Shown here: positions 9,812 to 19,458 of the stretch, one piece after another
Layout: each line of letters begins with the position of its first letter
Position numbering within the stretch: the stretch's first letter is position 1
Assembly: GCA_016182095.1 (NCBI GenBank)
Contig: JACOXY010000014.1
Span: 7,234-71,233, forward strand
Source of the DNA: Candidatus Liptonbacteria bacterium
GTDB taxonomy: Bacteria; Patescibacteriota; Minisyncoccia; UBA6257; JACOXY01
Length of the DNA stretch: 64,000 nucleotides
Direction: 5' to 3'
Made by a program: the position numbers and the translations under genes
Notes under the pieces: model-generated
Seen by the model: only the letters and a program-made list of their open reading frames with translations
What the model was told of the DNA's origin: nothing
Database searches by the model: none

Positions 9812-9934
9812 CCCTCACTCAAGAAAGAGCATTATCCGCCCTCTCTTTTTTTAATTAATTTATCAACTTAATATTACTCGACTAAAAACATTTTATTCTA
9901 GAGACAGAAACCCAAACTCTTTCTTGAGTGAGGG
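9812..9934. mobile_element. CCCTCACT-family TIR mini-element between the kinase stop and the regulator start
   Basis: Perfect 20-bp IR ATCCCTCACTCAAGAAAGAG at 9810-9829 / 9917-9936. Confidence 0.75.
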
Positions 9935-9935
9935 A

Positions 9936-11198
9936 TTATAGCTCTGCTGTAGTTGCGATGACCTTTGTACCCGCTCTGGGCTTCATGCCCGTCAGTGGTA
10001 TTGTAACATAAAAAGCAGTGCCTCGCTCGTCCGTAGCTTCACGCGAAGGAGAGCCATGCCCACCCACAGACTCAAACCAAATTTTCCCGCCGGCCGCTTC
10101 CAGGGTTGCCTTAACAATATATAATCCCAAACCGTTGCCTTCAATCTCATTGCTTTTAACATTGTCTGCCCGAAACATTTTGGTAAAAATTTGCGATTTT
10201 TGATCTTCCGGTATTCCATAGCCGGTATCCGTTACTTTAATAAGCGCGTTCTCGCCATCCTTAATAATACTCAAGCTTATGCTGCCTCCCTCCGGGGTAT
10301 ACTTAATGGCATTTGATAATAAATTCTGAAAAACTATCCAGACTATTTTGGAATCGGCATTTATGGAAACCAGAGTTTCGTCATAGCGCTTTTCCAGTTT
10401 CAGTTTTTTCTCCATGAGCTTTCCTGCGAGCTCACCCAAAACGCCCTCGGCGATTCCCGCTAAACTCACTGGCTCCGGGTTAATTGAAAAAGTTCCCATT
10501 TCAACCCGTGAAACATTCAGTAGGGCGTTTACCAAATTTATGACTCTTTTTATGCTGTAGCCAATCTCATTTAAATACTGTATCTGCTTGTGGTTTAGCT
10601 CTCCCACTCTACCCGAAAGAAGCATCTGCGCGTACCAATTGATAACGGAAAGCGGGGTGTTCAACTGATGCGAAACCAAGGACACAAACTCACCGCGCAC
10701 CCTATCCGACTCCTTCCTTAGGGTAATATCCTGATGCAAGGAGCCATAAAACAATATCTCCCCGCCCTTGGACTTAATCGGAAAAACAGAAAGATTGGTT
10801 TCATATTCAGTGCCATCTTTGCGGCGATTAATAATTTCTTCCGTCGTCAAAGACTCGCCGTTCTTCAAGGAGTCCCACATTTTTTTATAGGCGAGTTGGG
10901 GAGTTTTGGAACTGCGCAGAAGGCGGGGGTTCTTGCCCTTGATATCAATCAAACTATAGCCGGTAACCCTTTCCCAGGTAGGATTTACATAAATAATATT
11001 GCCATCCAAATCAGTGATGAGAATTGCCTCCGTTGAGGCATCCACAATGGATTGAAAAATGTGCACCTCGCCGCTAACCGCCCTTGGGTCCGCTTTTAAC
11101 TCACTTAACTCCGCGGAGATTTTTTCTTTTTCGGCAAGCGCGCTCTCTAAGGCGGCTTTAAGTTTTTCTACTTCTTGGTTTGATGAAAATCCTAACAT
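9936..11198 (-). CDS. cytoplasmic PAS-domain sensor histidine kinase
   Basis: PAS (YVNP.WE..TGYS), H-box VSHQLNTPL, NLLSNAIKYT, DTGYGI, GNGLGL. Confidence 0.93.
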   Translation of the reverse strand: MLGFSSNQEVEKLKAALESALAEKEKISAELSELKADPRAVSGEVHIFQSIVDASTEAILITDLDGNIIYVNPTWERVTGYSLIDIKGKNPRLLRSSKTPQLAYKKMWDSLKNGESLTTEEIINRRKDGTEYETNLSVFPIKSKGGEILFYGSLHQDITLRKESDRVRGEFVSLVSHQLNTPLSVINWYAQMLLSGRVGELNHKQIQYLNEIGYSIKRVINLVNALLNVSRVEMGTFSINPEPVSLAGIAEGVLGELAGKLMEKKLKLEKRYDETLVSINADSKIVWIVFQNLLSNAIKYTPEGGSISLSIIKDGENALIKVTDTGYGIPEDQKSQIFTKMFRADNVKSNEIEGNGLGLYIVKATLEAAGGKIWFESVGGHGSPSREATDERGTAFYVTIPLTGMKPRAGTKVIATTAEL

Positions 11199-11477
11199 TT
11201 ATTAATTGTAACAAAAAAGAGGGTTTTAATCCTCTTTATTCTGGTCGCGGTTTGCAATTTTTGCACGGCCGGTAACCGCAGGCAATCGCATCATCCCAAT
11301 TATGGAAAAATACCCTGTTTTCTTTTTTCATTCTCATGCCAGACTTACAACTAAGTAGCCCAAAAATTTTTCCGGGTGCCCAGCCAGCGTATTTCCCTTT
11401 TTTCTGCTTAATATAAATCCATCGGGCGTTAAAATTCTATAAGCCATCAAATCCCCCCCCCTTTTTTTTTCCTTACT

Positions 11478-11660
11478 TTATTTTTCAGCACAGCTTACGG
11501 GAAGCGCCCCCTGAAGCTTGCGCGCTTCTTTGCGCACCGATTCTTCAGTTGGGTTAGCAAGGCGGCGCAGCCACATATCATCTAAAATCTCTTCCGGACA
11601 ATCGGGGAATTCTTCTTTCATGATACGGGCTATCTCGTTTCTTTCCATTTTCTTCTCCAC
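11478..11660 (-). CDS. small hypothetical protein
   Basis: 60-aa charged ORF; weak support. Confidence 0.4.
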   Translation of the reverse strand: MEKKMERNEIARIMKEEFPDCPEEILDDMWLRRLANPTEESVRKEARKLQGALPVSCAEK

Positions 11661-11744
11661 CTAAAAACGCTAAACCCAAAATATCACACCTAACCCAAAA
11701 ATACAATCATTTGTACTGGTTCATATGATATAGGCCACAATCAG

Positions 11745-12015
11745 AAACAGCCCTGCTTTTGTACGCAAACACGCGTCACATTTCCCAGCGAGAAATGCGC
11801 GCTTGCCCTCGGACTCGCTCGCCATGCCACTTTATCTAAGCAGAATGTCTCGGAGACAGATTTAGCTTGGTTTCCGCAGGAATAAATCTGCCGAGAGCCC
11901 AAGCCCCCGACTTTCCGCCGGAGAAAGGAGAGGGGCGGTTCTGCGTGATAAAGCGGCATGGCACCAGTGCCCGCTCGTCCTCCGCACAGTTTGCTTAACA
12001 AAAGCAGGGCTGTTT
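11745..12015 (-). ncRNA. putative ~270-nt structured ncRNA of unknown class
   Basis: 18-bp terminal helix, 16-bp inner helix, branched hairpins; mismatches resolve as G-U only on the minus strand. Confidence 0.6.
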
Positions 12016-12051
12016 TTTAGCTGGTCTCTATGTATCTGAACCCGGAAATAA

Positions 12052-12420
12052 TTAAGCAACCTCCCACGGAAATGCGACCCAATCGTTCTTTTTCTCTTTT
12101 AGCCAGATACTGGGAACAAACTGGCTTTGTTTGTGATAATAGAGCGTGGCAATAAAATAACCTTGATCGGCGAAGTTTTTCAGAGTTTTCCCGGTATCGG
12201 CGATGTCGTCAACTATTAAAGTAGATTTCCCGCCTGGTGTTGCGACAAGCGGCAGGTCCAGCGCATGAGAAAGAGAAACCGCGATGGGTAATCCACCGCG
12301 CGCCGGACCCCACACGCTGTCAAATTTTACTCCGCTCTTTTTTATGAGATTTGCCAATTTTTTCGCATCTTCTCCAAATTCCGACCAGGAGTATAGTTCT
12401 TTTTTATTATTTGTAGTCAT
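12052..12420 (-). CDS. type I phosphoribosyltransferase (xanthine-guanine PRT-like)
   Basis: GPARGGL, LIVDDIADTGKT PRPP motif, WVAFPWE. Confidence 0.9.
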   Translation of the reverse strand: MTTNNKKELYSWSEFGEDAKKLANLIKKSGVKFDSVWGPARGGLPIAVSLSHALDLPLVATPGGKSTLIVDDIADTGKTLKNFADQGYFIATLYYHKQSQFVPSIWLKEKKNDWVAFPWEVA

Positions 12421-12885
12421 ACCAATTGGGAGCTTCAGTAGGGTCTGACCCTACTATTGCTGACGATAGTGTAACAACCTTCACATGTAGAAAAGTATAA
12501 ACTTTTTCCGCGTTGATTTCCAGGTAGTGAAAATACGAGCATTTCTTTCTATCAATGCCCACCTGATAATATCCCAGTTATATTTTATTAATGGCGTTAC
12601 CATATTTTTTCCTAAAACTTCACTCGCATTTCTACTACCTGGTTTCCAGCCAGTATTTCCCAATCATCTTATGTCGTATTTTCTTATATCCCTAATTCGC
12701 ACGAATTAGGGATATAATGATTATGAATATATTGTCGTGCAATTTTCTGGTTATTGATTGAGAGAGCGCGATAATTGTAACCGAAAAATTCTGGGGTTAT
12801 TTTCCTTGTCTGGGCTTTGACTTCGTGTTTTAAAGAGCTATAGTAATGGGTAGTTATCTGACAAAAAGCCAAAAAGAGAGTAAAT

Positions 12886-15108
12886 ATGAGCTTCGAGCGG
12901 CTTACCAGAGAACAGCATCTGCAGATATACCGTGAGATGTACCGCCCCCGTAAAGTTGATGAGGCGATCCGCAATGAGATATTGAGACCGGACGGAAACA
13001 TACCCCTCGCGCTCTTAAGCATCGGACAGGAAGCGGTGGCGGTTGGAGTGTCTTTTGATCTCGTATCCGGAAGAGACGCGCTCTTTTTCGGACACCGCGA
13101 CAAAGGGGCATTATTGCACATGGGTATCACCGCCCTGGAAGATATTTCTAACCACATGGGTAAAGCCAGTTCTCCTATGCGTGGCCGCGACAATAATATC
13201 CACTATGCATTCTGGGGAAAGAATGAAGAGGGTTGCGAGCGTTACGTTGGAAAATTCACCAGCCACATGGGTGCGGGATGGCCCACGGCCGCGGGCGTTG
13301 CCAAGGGCTGGCTCTATGACTACCTGGAACTTTCTCCGGAGGAGCAGGCAAAAACAGTTGTGCCCTTTGTGCTTTGCATGTGCGGAGACGGCGCTTCCCG
13401 TCAGGGAATCGTCCATGAAGTAATGAATACAGCGGCGCTCTACAATCTGCCGATGGGATTTGTATTTGTGAATAACGGTATTGCAACACAAACCCCGATT
13501 AACGAGCAGGTAGCGTCACCGCATCTCTACACATTAGGCAACGGATATCATATCGCGACTGATTTTGTCTCAAGCGGCAATAATGTCATTGATGTATATG
13601 ACGCAGCCGCTCCGCTCATTGCGCGAGCGCGGCGTTTAGCGGCCAAAAAAGAATTTTTAGAAGAAAACAGATTAGAACGGGCGCCATTCCTTCTGGAGTG
13701 CCGCACGTTCCGCATGACGGGACACAATGAAAAACAACTGGCAGATTGTGTAGATCTCTATGAATATGCTAAATGGCGCGCGCAAGATCCACTCACGATG
13801 TACCGAAGTATCCTTTTGAATTATCCGAGGGTGGAAGCGCTTCTCAACATTAAAAGCAGGGATCATATTGAGATTTTTAATTGTACAGAGAAGGAATTTA
13901 CCGTCGAAGAACTTGATCGCATCGAGCAGGAAGTGCGCGAAGAAGTAGAAGTGGCGTATCAGGCCGCGAAAGCGATGCCAGAGCCGCAACCCGATAAATC
14001 GCTCCTGCAAATCTATCCGTCCGAAATCGTTTTCCCCAAAACCCGCGCTGTCGAACCGTTCAATGCAAAGACCTTGCACGATCGGGTCGGCAAAGAAAAA
14101 CGATGGCTCAATGGAAATAGAGCAATGCGTAAAGTCGTGGTTGACCTCATGAAGGAATACCCCAAGATTCTGCTTTTTGGAGAAGATGTTGGCGGTCGCA
14201 AGATTGAAGGCGAACTGCGCGGCGGAGGCGTTTATAACATCTCCCATGACGCGCTCCTTGATCCCACAATCGGTCCCAAGCGGGTCTTTAACACCTCACT
14301 TGCGGAAAACTCTATCATCGGCCTCATGATCGGACTCTCGCTCACGGGAAAACTACCGTTTGCGGAAATACAATATCTGCCGTTTCTTTCGGTGGCATTA
14401 AGTGGTGCCATTGATTATCTGCCAAGTTGGTTCTGGACGGCCGGAGTTCCAATTCATGCTGTACTTCGTCTCCCGTGCGGAGGCGGACACCAGTCAGGAG
14501 AATTTCACAGTTCTATGCGCCTTGAGCCCGTTCTATATCACACGCCGGGACTGAAGTTGCTCACGCCTTCCACCCCGAATGATATCATGGGACTTATGAA
14601 GAGCGCCGCGAAAGACGACTCTCCTATTATGTTTTTTGAGAATCTCTGGGGATTCTCGGAAGTATACGGGGAAATAAGCGGCAACGAGGTCCCCATCGGA
14701 CCGGCGGCACTTAGGCAAGAAGGGAAAGATATTACGATAATCGCCTGGGGCGCAAAGACATGGTTTGACGCCGTGCTTCCGGCAGTGAAAAAACTGGAAG
14801 AAAACGGTCTAAGCGCTGAGCTCATTGACCTACGGACGCTCCGCCCGTTGGACATGGAACTTATGGTCGCTTCAGCCCGCAAGACACACCGCGTGCTCAT
14901 TGTCCACGAAGACATTTGCGACGGTGGCATCGGCCAGTCAATCGCCTATAAGATCAATCTCGAAGCATCCCAAGAAATGCTGTGCGCTCCCTTGGTTGTC
15001 GCTTCGGAATACTGCCCATCACCTCAACACAGAAATCTGGAAAATTGGTTTTTGCCCTCAACTGAAAAAGTGATGCGGGCGATAAATGATCGTATGGAGT
15101 GGAGATAG
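12886..15108 (+). CDS. 2-oxoacid dehydrogenase E1, fused alpha/beta subunits
   Basis: IGQEA, GDGA...NN TPP motif, RMTGH, FGEDV, RVFNTSLAE, ELIDLRTLRPLD. Confidence 0.9.
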   Translation: MSFERLTREQHLQIYREMYRPRKVDEAIRNEILRPDGNIPLALLSIGQEAVAVGVSFDLVSGRDALFFGHRDKGALLHMGITALEDISNHMGKASSPMRGRDNNIHYAFWGKNEEGCERYVGKFTSHMGAGWPTAAGVAKGWLYDYLELSPEEQAKTVVPFVLCMCGDGASRQGIVHEVMNTAALYNLPMGFVFVNNGIATQTPINEQVASPHLYTLGNGYHIATDFVSSGNNVIDVYDAAAPLIARARRLAAKKEFLEENRLERAPFLLECRTFRMTGHNEKQLADCVDLYEYAKWRAQDPLTMYRSILLNYPRVEALLNIKSRDHIEIFNCTEKEFTVEELDRIEQEVREEVEVAYQAAKAMPEPQPDKSLLQIYPSEIVFPKTRAVEPFNAKTLHDRVGKEKRWLNGNRAMRKVVVDLMKEYPKILLFGEDVGGRKIEGELRGGGVYNISHDALLDPTIGPKRVFNTSLAENSIIGLMIGLSLTGKLPFAEIQYLPFLSVALSGAIDYLPSWFWTAGVPIHAVLRLPCGGGHQSGEFHSSMRLEPVLYHTPGLKLLTPSTPNDIMGLMKSAAKDDSPIMFFENLWGFSEVYGEISGNEVPIGPAALRQEGKDITIIAWGAKTWFDAVLPAVKKLEENGLSAELIDLRTLRPLDMELMVASARKTHRVLIVHEDICDGGIGQSIAYKINLEASQEMLCAPLVVASEYCPSPQHRNLENWFLPSTEKVMRAINDRMEWR

Positions 15109-15112
15109 ACAG

Positions 15113-16606
15113 ATGAGAAAAGCGATAAAAGCCAAAACTGGTGGGTATGATATAAAACAGATCATCGTAACCTGGTTAAAAAAAGAGGGGGATATGATAA
15201 GCGCCAAAGAAATACTGGCTTCTTTTGAAACTGATAAGGCGCTGGTTGATCTGGAATCTCCCTGCGCGGGAAAATTGTTAGAAATCATACCGGGCAATGT
15301 TCCACGAGAACCTGACGACAAAAATGATGAGTACCTATTCGAAATTCCCGCTGATCTGCCAACGGGAAACTGGGATCCTATTCTCGGCTATATTGAAGAT
15401 GGAGTGGCTGATACGGATACAGCGCAAGCTTCCGTTCCGGTTGCAAAAAACGAGTCTCCGGTTCAAGAGCCGCAAAACTTAGAACCAGTTTCCGTGCCTC
15501 ACCCAAAACAGGAGGAGCCATACATTCCTCCACCAGTAACCGCAGAAAAGATTAGCCCGTCATTGGACTTCGTAAAAGCGGGGCCAATGGTCCGGAGATT
15601 AGCAAAAGAAAAAGACGTTGACCTTTCTCTCATTCCTCCGACCGGGCCGCATGGAACAGTTTCTGAAGCTGATCTCAATAAATACCTTGCGAATATTATT
15701 CCGTCGCCGGTTCAGAAACCGGAATCACCGCCGGCCGATACGAAAAAAACGGAAAAGAAGGAACCGAGCGCGGCACCCAGCGAAGAATTTGAAATAGTTC
15801 CGCTCACCCCTAAGCGTGTAGTAATCGGAAAGCACATGACACTTTCCGAGGAATGCATCCCCCATGCTCACACAAGTGTTTCTTTGGATATGAGGAAAGT
15901 TCTTAAAGCAACAAAAGTGTTCGCGGACTGGAATGGGCTTACCGATATAGTCAGCTCCCTGGATGTGCGAAAGGATCAAAAGACAAAATTGTCTATGCCC
16001 TGGGAAGAACGTACCGATGTGATCAGCGTTGAAAATAAAAAGATTTATCTCCGGCCGGAAATTATTGTGATAGAGGGAATTATCAGGGCACTGGAACTCA
16101 ATAAATGGAAAGTCTTGAATTCGTGCGTTGAATGCGAACATTTTGACTTTAAAGGAATTAAAAAATTCCTGGATATAAATCTGGGGATTGCCTACGCGAG
16201 TCACGATGGACTTGAGGTTCCTGTGCTGGAAAGAATGCAGGGCGTCGGTTATAAAACTATCGCCGAAAGAACGGCCGGTCTCTACCAGCGAATGCGGACC
16301 AACAAAGCAACTCTCAAAGAACGGATGGGACAAAACAAAACATTCACCTTTAATAACGTAGGGGCGCTGGGAGCAGATGATGGAGCATCAATCATCCCTC
16401 ACGGCACAAGCGCAATCTGTTCCTTGCATCGTGCAGACCTAAATCTCGATGGACATTCTCGCGGGTTTGCCAATCTGAATCTGGCGTTTGACCACCGCTT
16501 GTTCGACGGCAGAGAAGCGGTCGGATTTTTACTGGCGGTACTGGAGTTTGTTGAAGGAGTTGACATTGTCTCGCATATCATACACCAGTTTGATAAATTT
16601 CCGTAA
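15113..16606 (+). CDS. 2-oxoacid dehydrogenase E2 (dihydrolipoamide acyltransferase)
   Basis: Lipoyl motif ETDKALV, subunit-binding P.VRRLAKE..VDL...TGP.G, catalytic DHRLFDG. Confidence 0.9.
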   Translation: MRKAIKAKTGGYDIKQIIVTWLKKEGDMISAKEILASFETDKALVDLESPCAGKLLEIIPGNVPREPDDKNDEYLFEIPADLPTGNWDPILGYIEDGVADTDTAQASVPVAKNESPVQEPQNLEPVSVPHPKQEEPYIPPPVTAEKISPSLDFVKAGPMVRRLAKEKDVDLSLIPPTGPHGTVSEADLNKYLANIIPSPVQKPESPPADTKKTEKKEPSAAPSEEFEIVPLTPKRVVIGKHMTLSEECIPHAHTSVSLDMRKVLKATKVFADWNGLTDIVSSLDVRKDQKTKLSMPWEERTDVISVENKKIYLRPEIIVIEGIIRALELNKWKVLNSCVECEHFDFKGIKKFLDINLGIAYASHDGLEVPVLERMQGVGYKTIAERTAGLYQRMRTNKATLKERMGQNKTFTFNNVGALGADDGASIIPHGTSAICSLHRADLNLDGHSRGFANLNLAFDHRLFDGREAVGFLLAVLEFVEGVDIVSHIIHQFDKFP

Positions 16607-16607
16607 G

Positions 16608-16646
16608 AAAAAGCCACCGCGCAATCAGCGGTGGCATTTTATTTTT
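16608..16646. terminator. bidirectional intrinsic terminator
   Basis: GCCACCGC/GCGGTGGC stem with A- and T-tracts between convergent genes. Confidence 0.7.
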
Positions 16647-16682
16647 CAAAAAATTCTGAGGTCATTTGCGCAATATTCATCA

Positions 16683-17357
16683 TTAGGGAAGATACTGCGG
16701 GGCCAGTTCAATTAAGTTCTGAATGTAAAAATCTACGCAAGCATTGCCGCCTTCTCTCGCCGCCGAAGTGAGCTCGTATTCCCGGATGCCGCAGGGATAA
16801 ACCAATCTTAAAATCCAATCTTCCGGAGAAACATTAATGTTCATGCCAAAAGAAGTAACCTTCCTGCTAACACCCACTCCCATTGACGCTATTTTTCGAG
16901 GCGAAGAATCTCCCATGACCCAAAGGCCGCGATACTTGGTTTTCTCTTTTTGGTCAGTCCGCAATTCATCGGGCAATTTGTCTGCATAAATGCGGGCCCT
17001 GGTCAAAGTTCTTTTAGCAAGAGACTGCGCAGACCTAAAGAAGCGAGAGGCACAGGATAAATCTTTAAGCTTAAATATAAAATAACATCCTAAAATTCCC
17101 GGCCCATGTACCGCAAGCGACCCTCCGCGGCTGGTCTTAACAATCGGGATGCCGTTCTGTGTGAGCCAATATGGCGAATAATATCTAAGATGCGCGAGCT
17201 GTAAGCCACTGCTTCGCGCTCCCAAAGAAATCGTAGTGGGGTGCTCGGCAAAAATAATAGTATCGGCAATTTCATCAAGCTTCCTTTTATCCACTAACCC
17301 ATTTTGAATTTCTAAAAACTCCCTAAAATCCAGAAACCCCAGATTTTTAAAATCCAA
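16683..17357 (-). CDS. lipB: lipoyl(octanoyl) transferase
   Basis: EHP..SLG, RGG....HGPG, RGLWV, RKIASMG, G.NINV, PCG motifs. Confidence 0.85.
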   Translation of the reverse strand: MDFKNLGFLDFREFLEIQNGLVDKRKLDEIADTIIFAEHPTTISLGARSSGLQLAHLRYYSPYWLTQNGIPIVKTSRGGSLAVHGPGILGCYFIFKLKDLSCASRFFRSAQSLAKRTLTRARIYADKLPDELRTDQKEKTKYRGLWVMGDSSPRKIASMGVGVSRKVTSFGMNINVSPEDWILRLVYPCGIREYELTSAAREGGNACVDFYIQNLIELAPQYLP

Positions 17358-17425
17358 GGTTTGCTCCCATAGATTAAACTACCAATACTCTACGCTATGG
17401 AAAAATTAAAAACAAACGTCTTTAC

Positions 17426-17734
17426 ATGGCATATTTTAGACAATGGAAAGGACTGGGCAAAAATTGTAATATCCGTAAATACAAATATAAAAATGCCGTG
17501 ATTTACAAAGCTCGGAAAACTCTTGGGCTACCACGACACGCGCCATACGACAAAATTCTTGTGTCAGCGGCAGGAGATACGCTTCCAGAAGAACTTTTAA
17601 ACCAGTTGAGAGGGGGCGGGGTTATGGTAATCCCAATAAATAATTCAATACAAAAAATCAAAAGAGTCGCGCAAGGAAAATATAAAATAAAAACATTATG
17701 TGGATTTGCCTTCGTGCCGCTTATAAAGCCATAG
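17426..17734 (+). pseudogene. pcm: C-terminal fragment of protein-L-isoaspartate O-methyltransferase
   Basis: APYDKILVSAA...P.ELL.QL..GG.MVIP...FVPL present; N-terminal SAM-binding motif absent. Confidence 0.7.
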
Positions 17735-17764
17735 CGTGGGTCTGTTTAATTACTGCACTATTTC

Positions 17765-18388
17765 CTAATCCTTTAAGTACTTTTCTCTACTGTATGCTTC
17801 CAGGAAAATTGGGGAGATTGGAATGCCGTTTTGCTTAAAGTACAATCCCATATCAACCTCACTCTCTGGCCCTACATCAAATTCCTCCATTGTCTTCCTC
17901 ACCATATTTTTGTCTGTTAATGGTTTTCCTGTTATTTCTTGCAACGCGTGAAGCCATTCCTCTAAATATATAACGGCGATTTGTTCTTGAAGTTCTATTG
18001 GCAGAACGCGCTCTTGTTGCGGAACAGAGTCTGCAAAAATAATCATAGATAGGTTGATGCGGCCGCCTTGGGAGCTAGAGTTTGCTGAAATCTGAAAAGC
18101 ATAATCCCCAATCTTATCTAATGGCACTTTTTTTGCCAGCAAAAAGCTACGGGCGGGAGTTATCTCCCATCCAACTTTTTCTGCTTCAGCCGAATTCATA
18201 AAGTGTGTAATTGCTTCGGTATATTTACCTTCTTTTATTAGCGCTTCGCCATTATGTATGTACTCCTTAAACGCACCGATTAATTCGGCGCTTAATTCAG
18301 GTCTACCGCGTTCATGATCCGAAGCTTCTCCTTGGGGCATTTTTGGATTTTCCTGACTATTTTTCATTATGATAAATTGGTCATCCAA
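17765..18388 (-). CDS. hypothetical protein
   Basis: ~200-aa ORF containing LEEWLHALQ (zincin-like variant). Confidence 0.6.
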   Translation of the reverse strand: MDDQFIIMKNSQENPKMPQGEASDHERGRPELSAELIGAFKEYIHNGEALIKEGKYTEAITHFMNSAEAEKVGWEITPARSFLLAKKVPLDKIGDYAFQISANSSSQGGRINLSMIIFADSVPQQERVLPIELQEQIAVIYLEEWLHALQEITGKPLTDKNMVRKTMEEFDVGPESEVDMGLYFKQNGIPISPIFLEAYSREKYLKD

Positions 18389-18450
18389 TACTAAATATTC
18401 CTAGAAGAATCTGTTTGAAGATGCCTATCCTGTGATTGCCGAAGGATTCA

Positions 18451-18783
18451 TTACTCCAAATCTTTTCTCGCAGCATACGCAAAATGAGAAAGATATTGAT
18501 CTACCGATTCCAATGAACTGCCGTATTCCTTACCACCCGTTATGGCGTCACAAAATATTTCTCGCGCTCTGGCAATCTCTCTTTTTCTAGCCCCAAGCCA
18601 GCGGGGGTCTTCTAGGGTTAAATCATAGAGTTCAAGCGCGCGCTCTATGGCGTGCTTAAATTGCTCATCGTCTTTCCCCCGCCACCGCAGGGCTCTATAC
18701 ACCTCACTGCCAATATTCCCAAATTGTTCGGCCAGTGTGAGCCCACGCCACTTTCCATCTGCAAGCTCTTTGTGATGCGTCAT
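18451..18783 (-). CDS. conserved-looking helical hypothetical protein
   Basis: L.EQ.GNIGSEV.RA...REIARARE; overlaps the upstream stop codon. Confidence 0.7.
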   Translation of the reverse strand: MTHHKELADGKWRGLTLAEQFGNIGSEVYRALRWRGKDDEQFKHAIERALELYDLTLEDPRWLGARKREIARAREIFCDAITGGKEYGSSLESVDQYLSHFAYAARKDLE

Positions 18784-19139
18784 ATCTTAATTAAACCATT
18801 AACAACGGCTGCAACTTTACTTCTCGCCTCCTCGCTCTCAATTTTTCTGGAACGGTTGCCGTGCGCTGGTTTTATGTTGACCATAGAATCAAATTCTAGC
18901 CATTCTTCCGTCGGTTTCCCTGGATAGATATTCAAACCCCAGGTATCCTTACGCTTGGATCCTTCACGCTCCATAAGCAAAGACTCTGCTTCCGCGTGTA
19001 GCTCCGCGCCGATTGCCATGATTTTCTGCTCTACATCAACTACAATCTTTGCCATATCGCCAAATGTAGACTCCGCGAAACGCAGTAGCTCATCTTTCCC
19101 AATGGGTTCTTTTATGATTTTAATGTCTGGGCTGTACAT
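18780..19139 (-). CDS. DUF5674-like protein
   Basis: K.VVDV....A.G.ELHA..E..L...GS....WG.N.YP...EFDS..NI.P..NRS. Confidence 0.75.
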   Translation of the reverse strand: MYSPDIKIIKEPIGKDELLRFAESTFGDMAKIVVDVEQKIMAIGAELHAEAESLLMEREGSKRKDTWGLNIYPGKPTEEWLEFDSMVNIKPAHGNRSRKIESEEARSKVAAVVNGLIKI

Positions 19140-19458
19140 AAATTATTTTAACACGAAACTCCTCTTAGACTGACCGTTTTCTTGCGGTGAGGGTTGGCGG
19201 AACTTTGAACCGATAGTATCCTGCAAAACCGTTAATTTCGCTCGTATAGATAAAATTATGCGTGAATTACGTATAATTTACAAGGAGAATCCGGTCTATT
19301 TTGATGTTCCGGCTTTTGTACAGAAGATCTACTAAATGATGCTACTTTTCTTTGGCGGCAAATTCTCGCTCTTTGAATTTAGAAAAAGAAAAGACGCCGC
19401 GCACTCTTCACAAATTTCGTGAAGTGGGTGCGCGGCGCGGTGATGACAATCTGTCTTC

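Noticed and set aside
11745-12015. RNase P RNA (GGAAAGTC on the minus strand)
   Set aside because: Lacks the GAGGAAAGUCC / ACAGAA..CGGCUUA P4 pairing in the correct order.
12481-12800. Degenerate RAYT transposase next to the GGGTCTGACCC palindrome
   Set aside because: Only a weak YIH-like scrap; no HUH motif is recoverable by eye.
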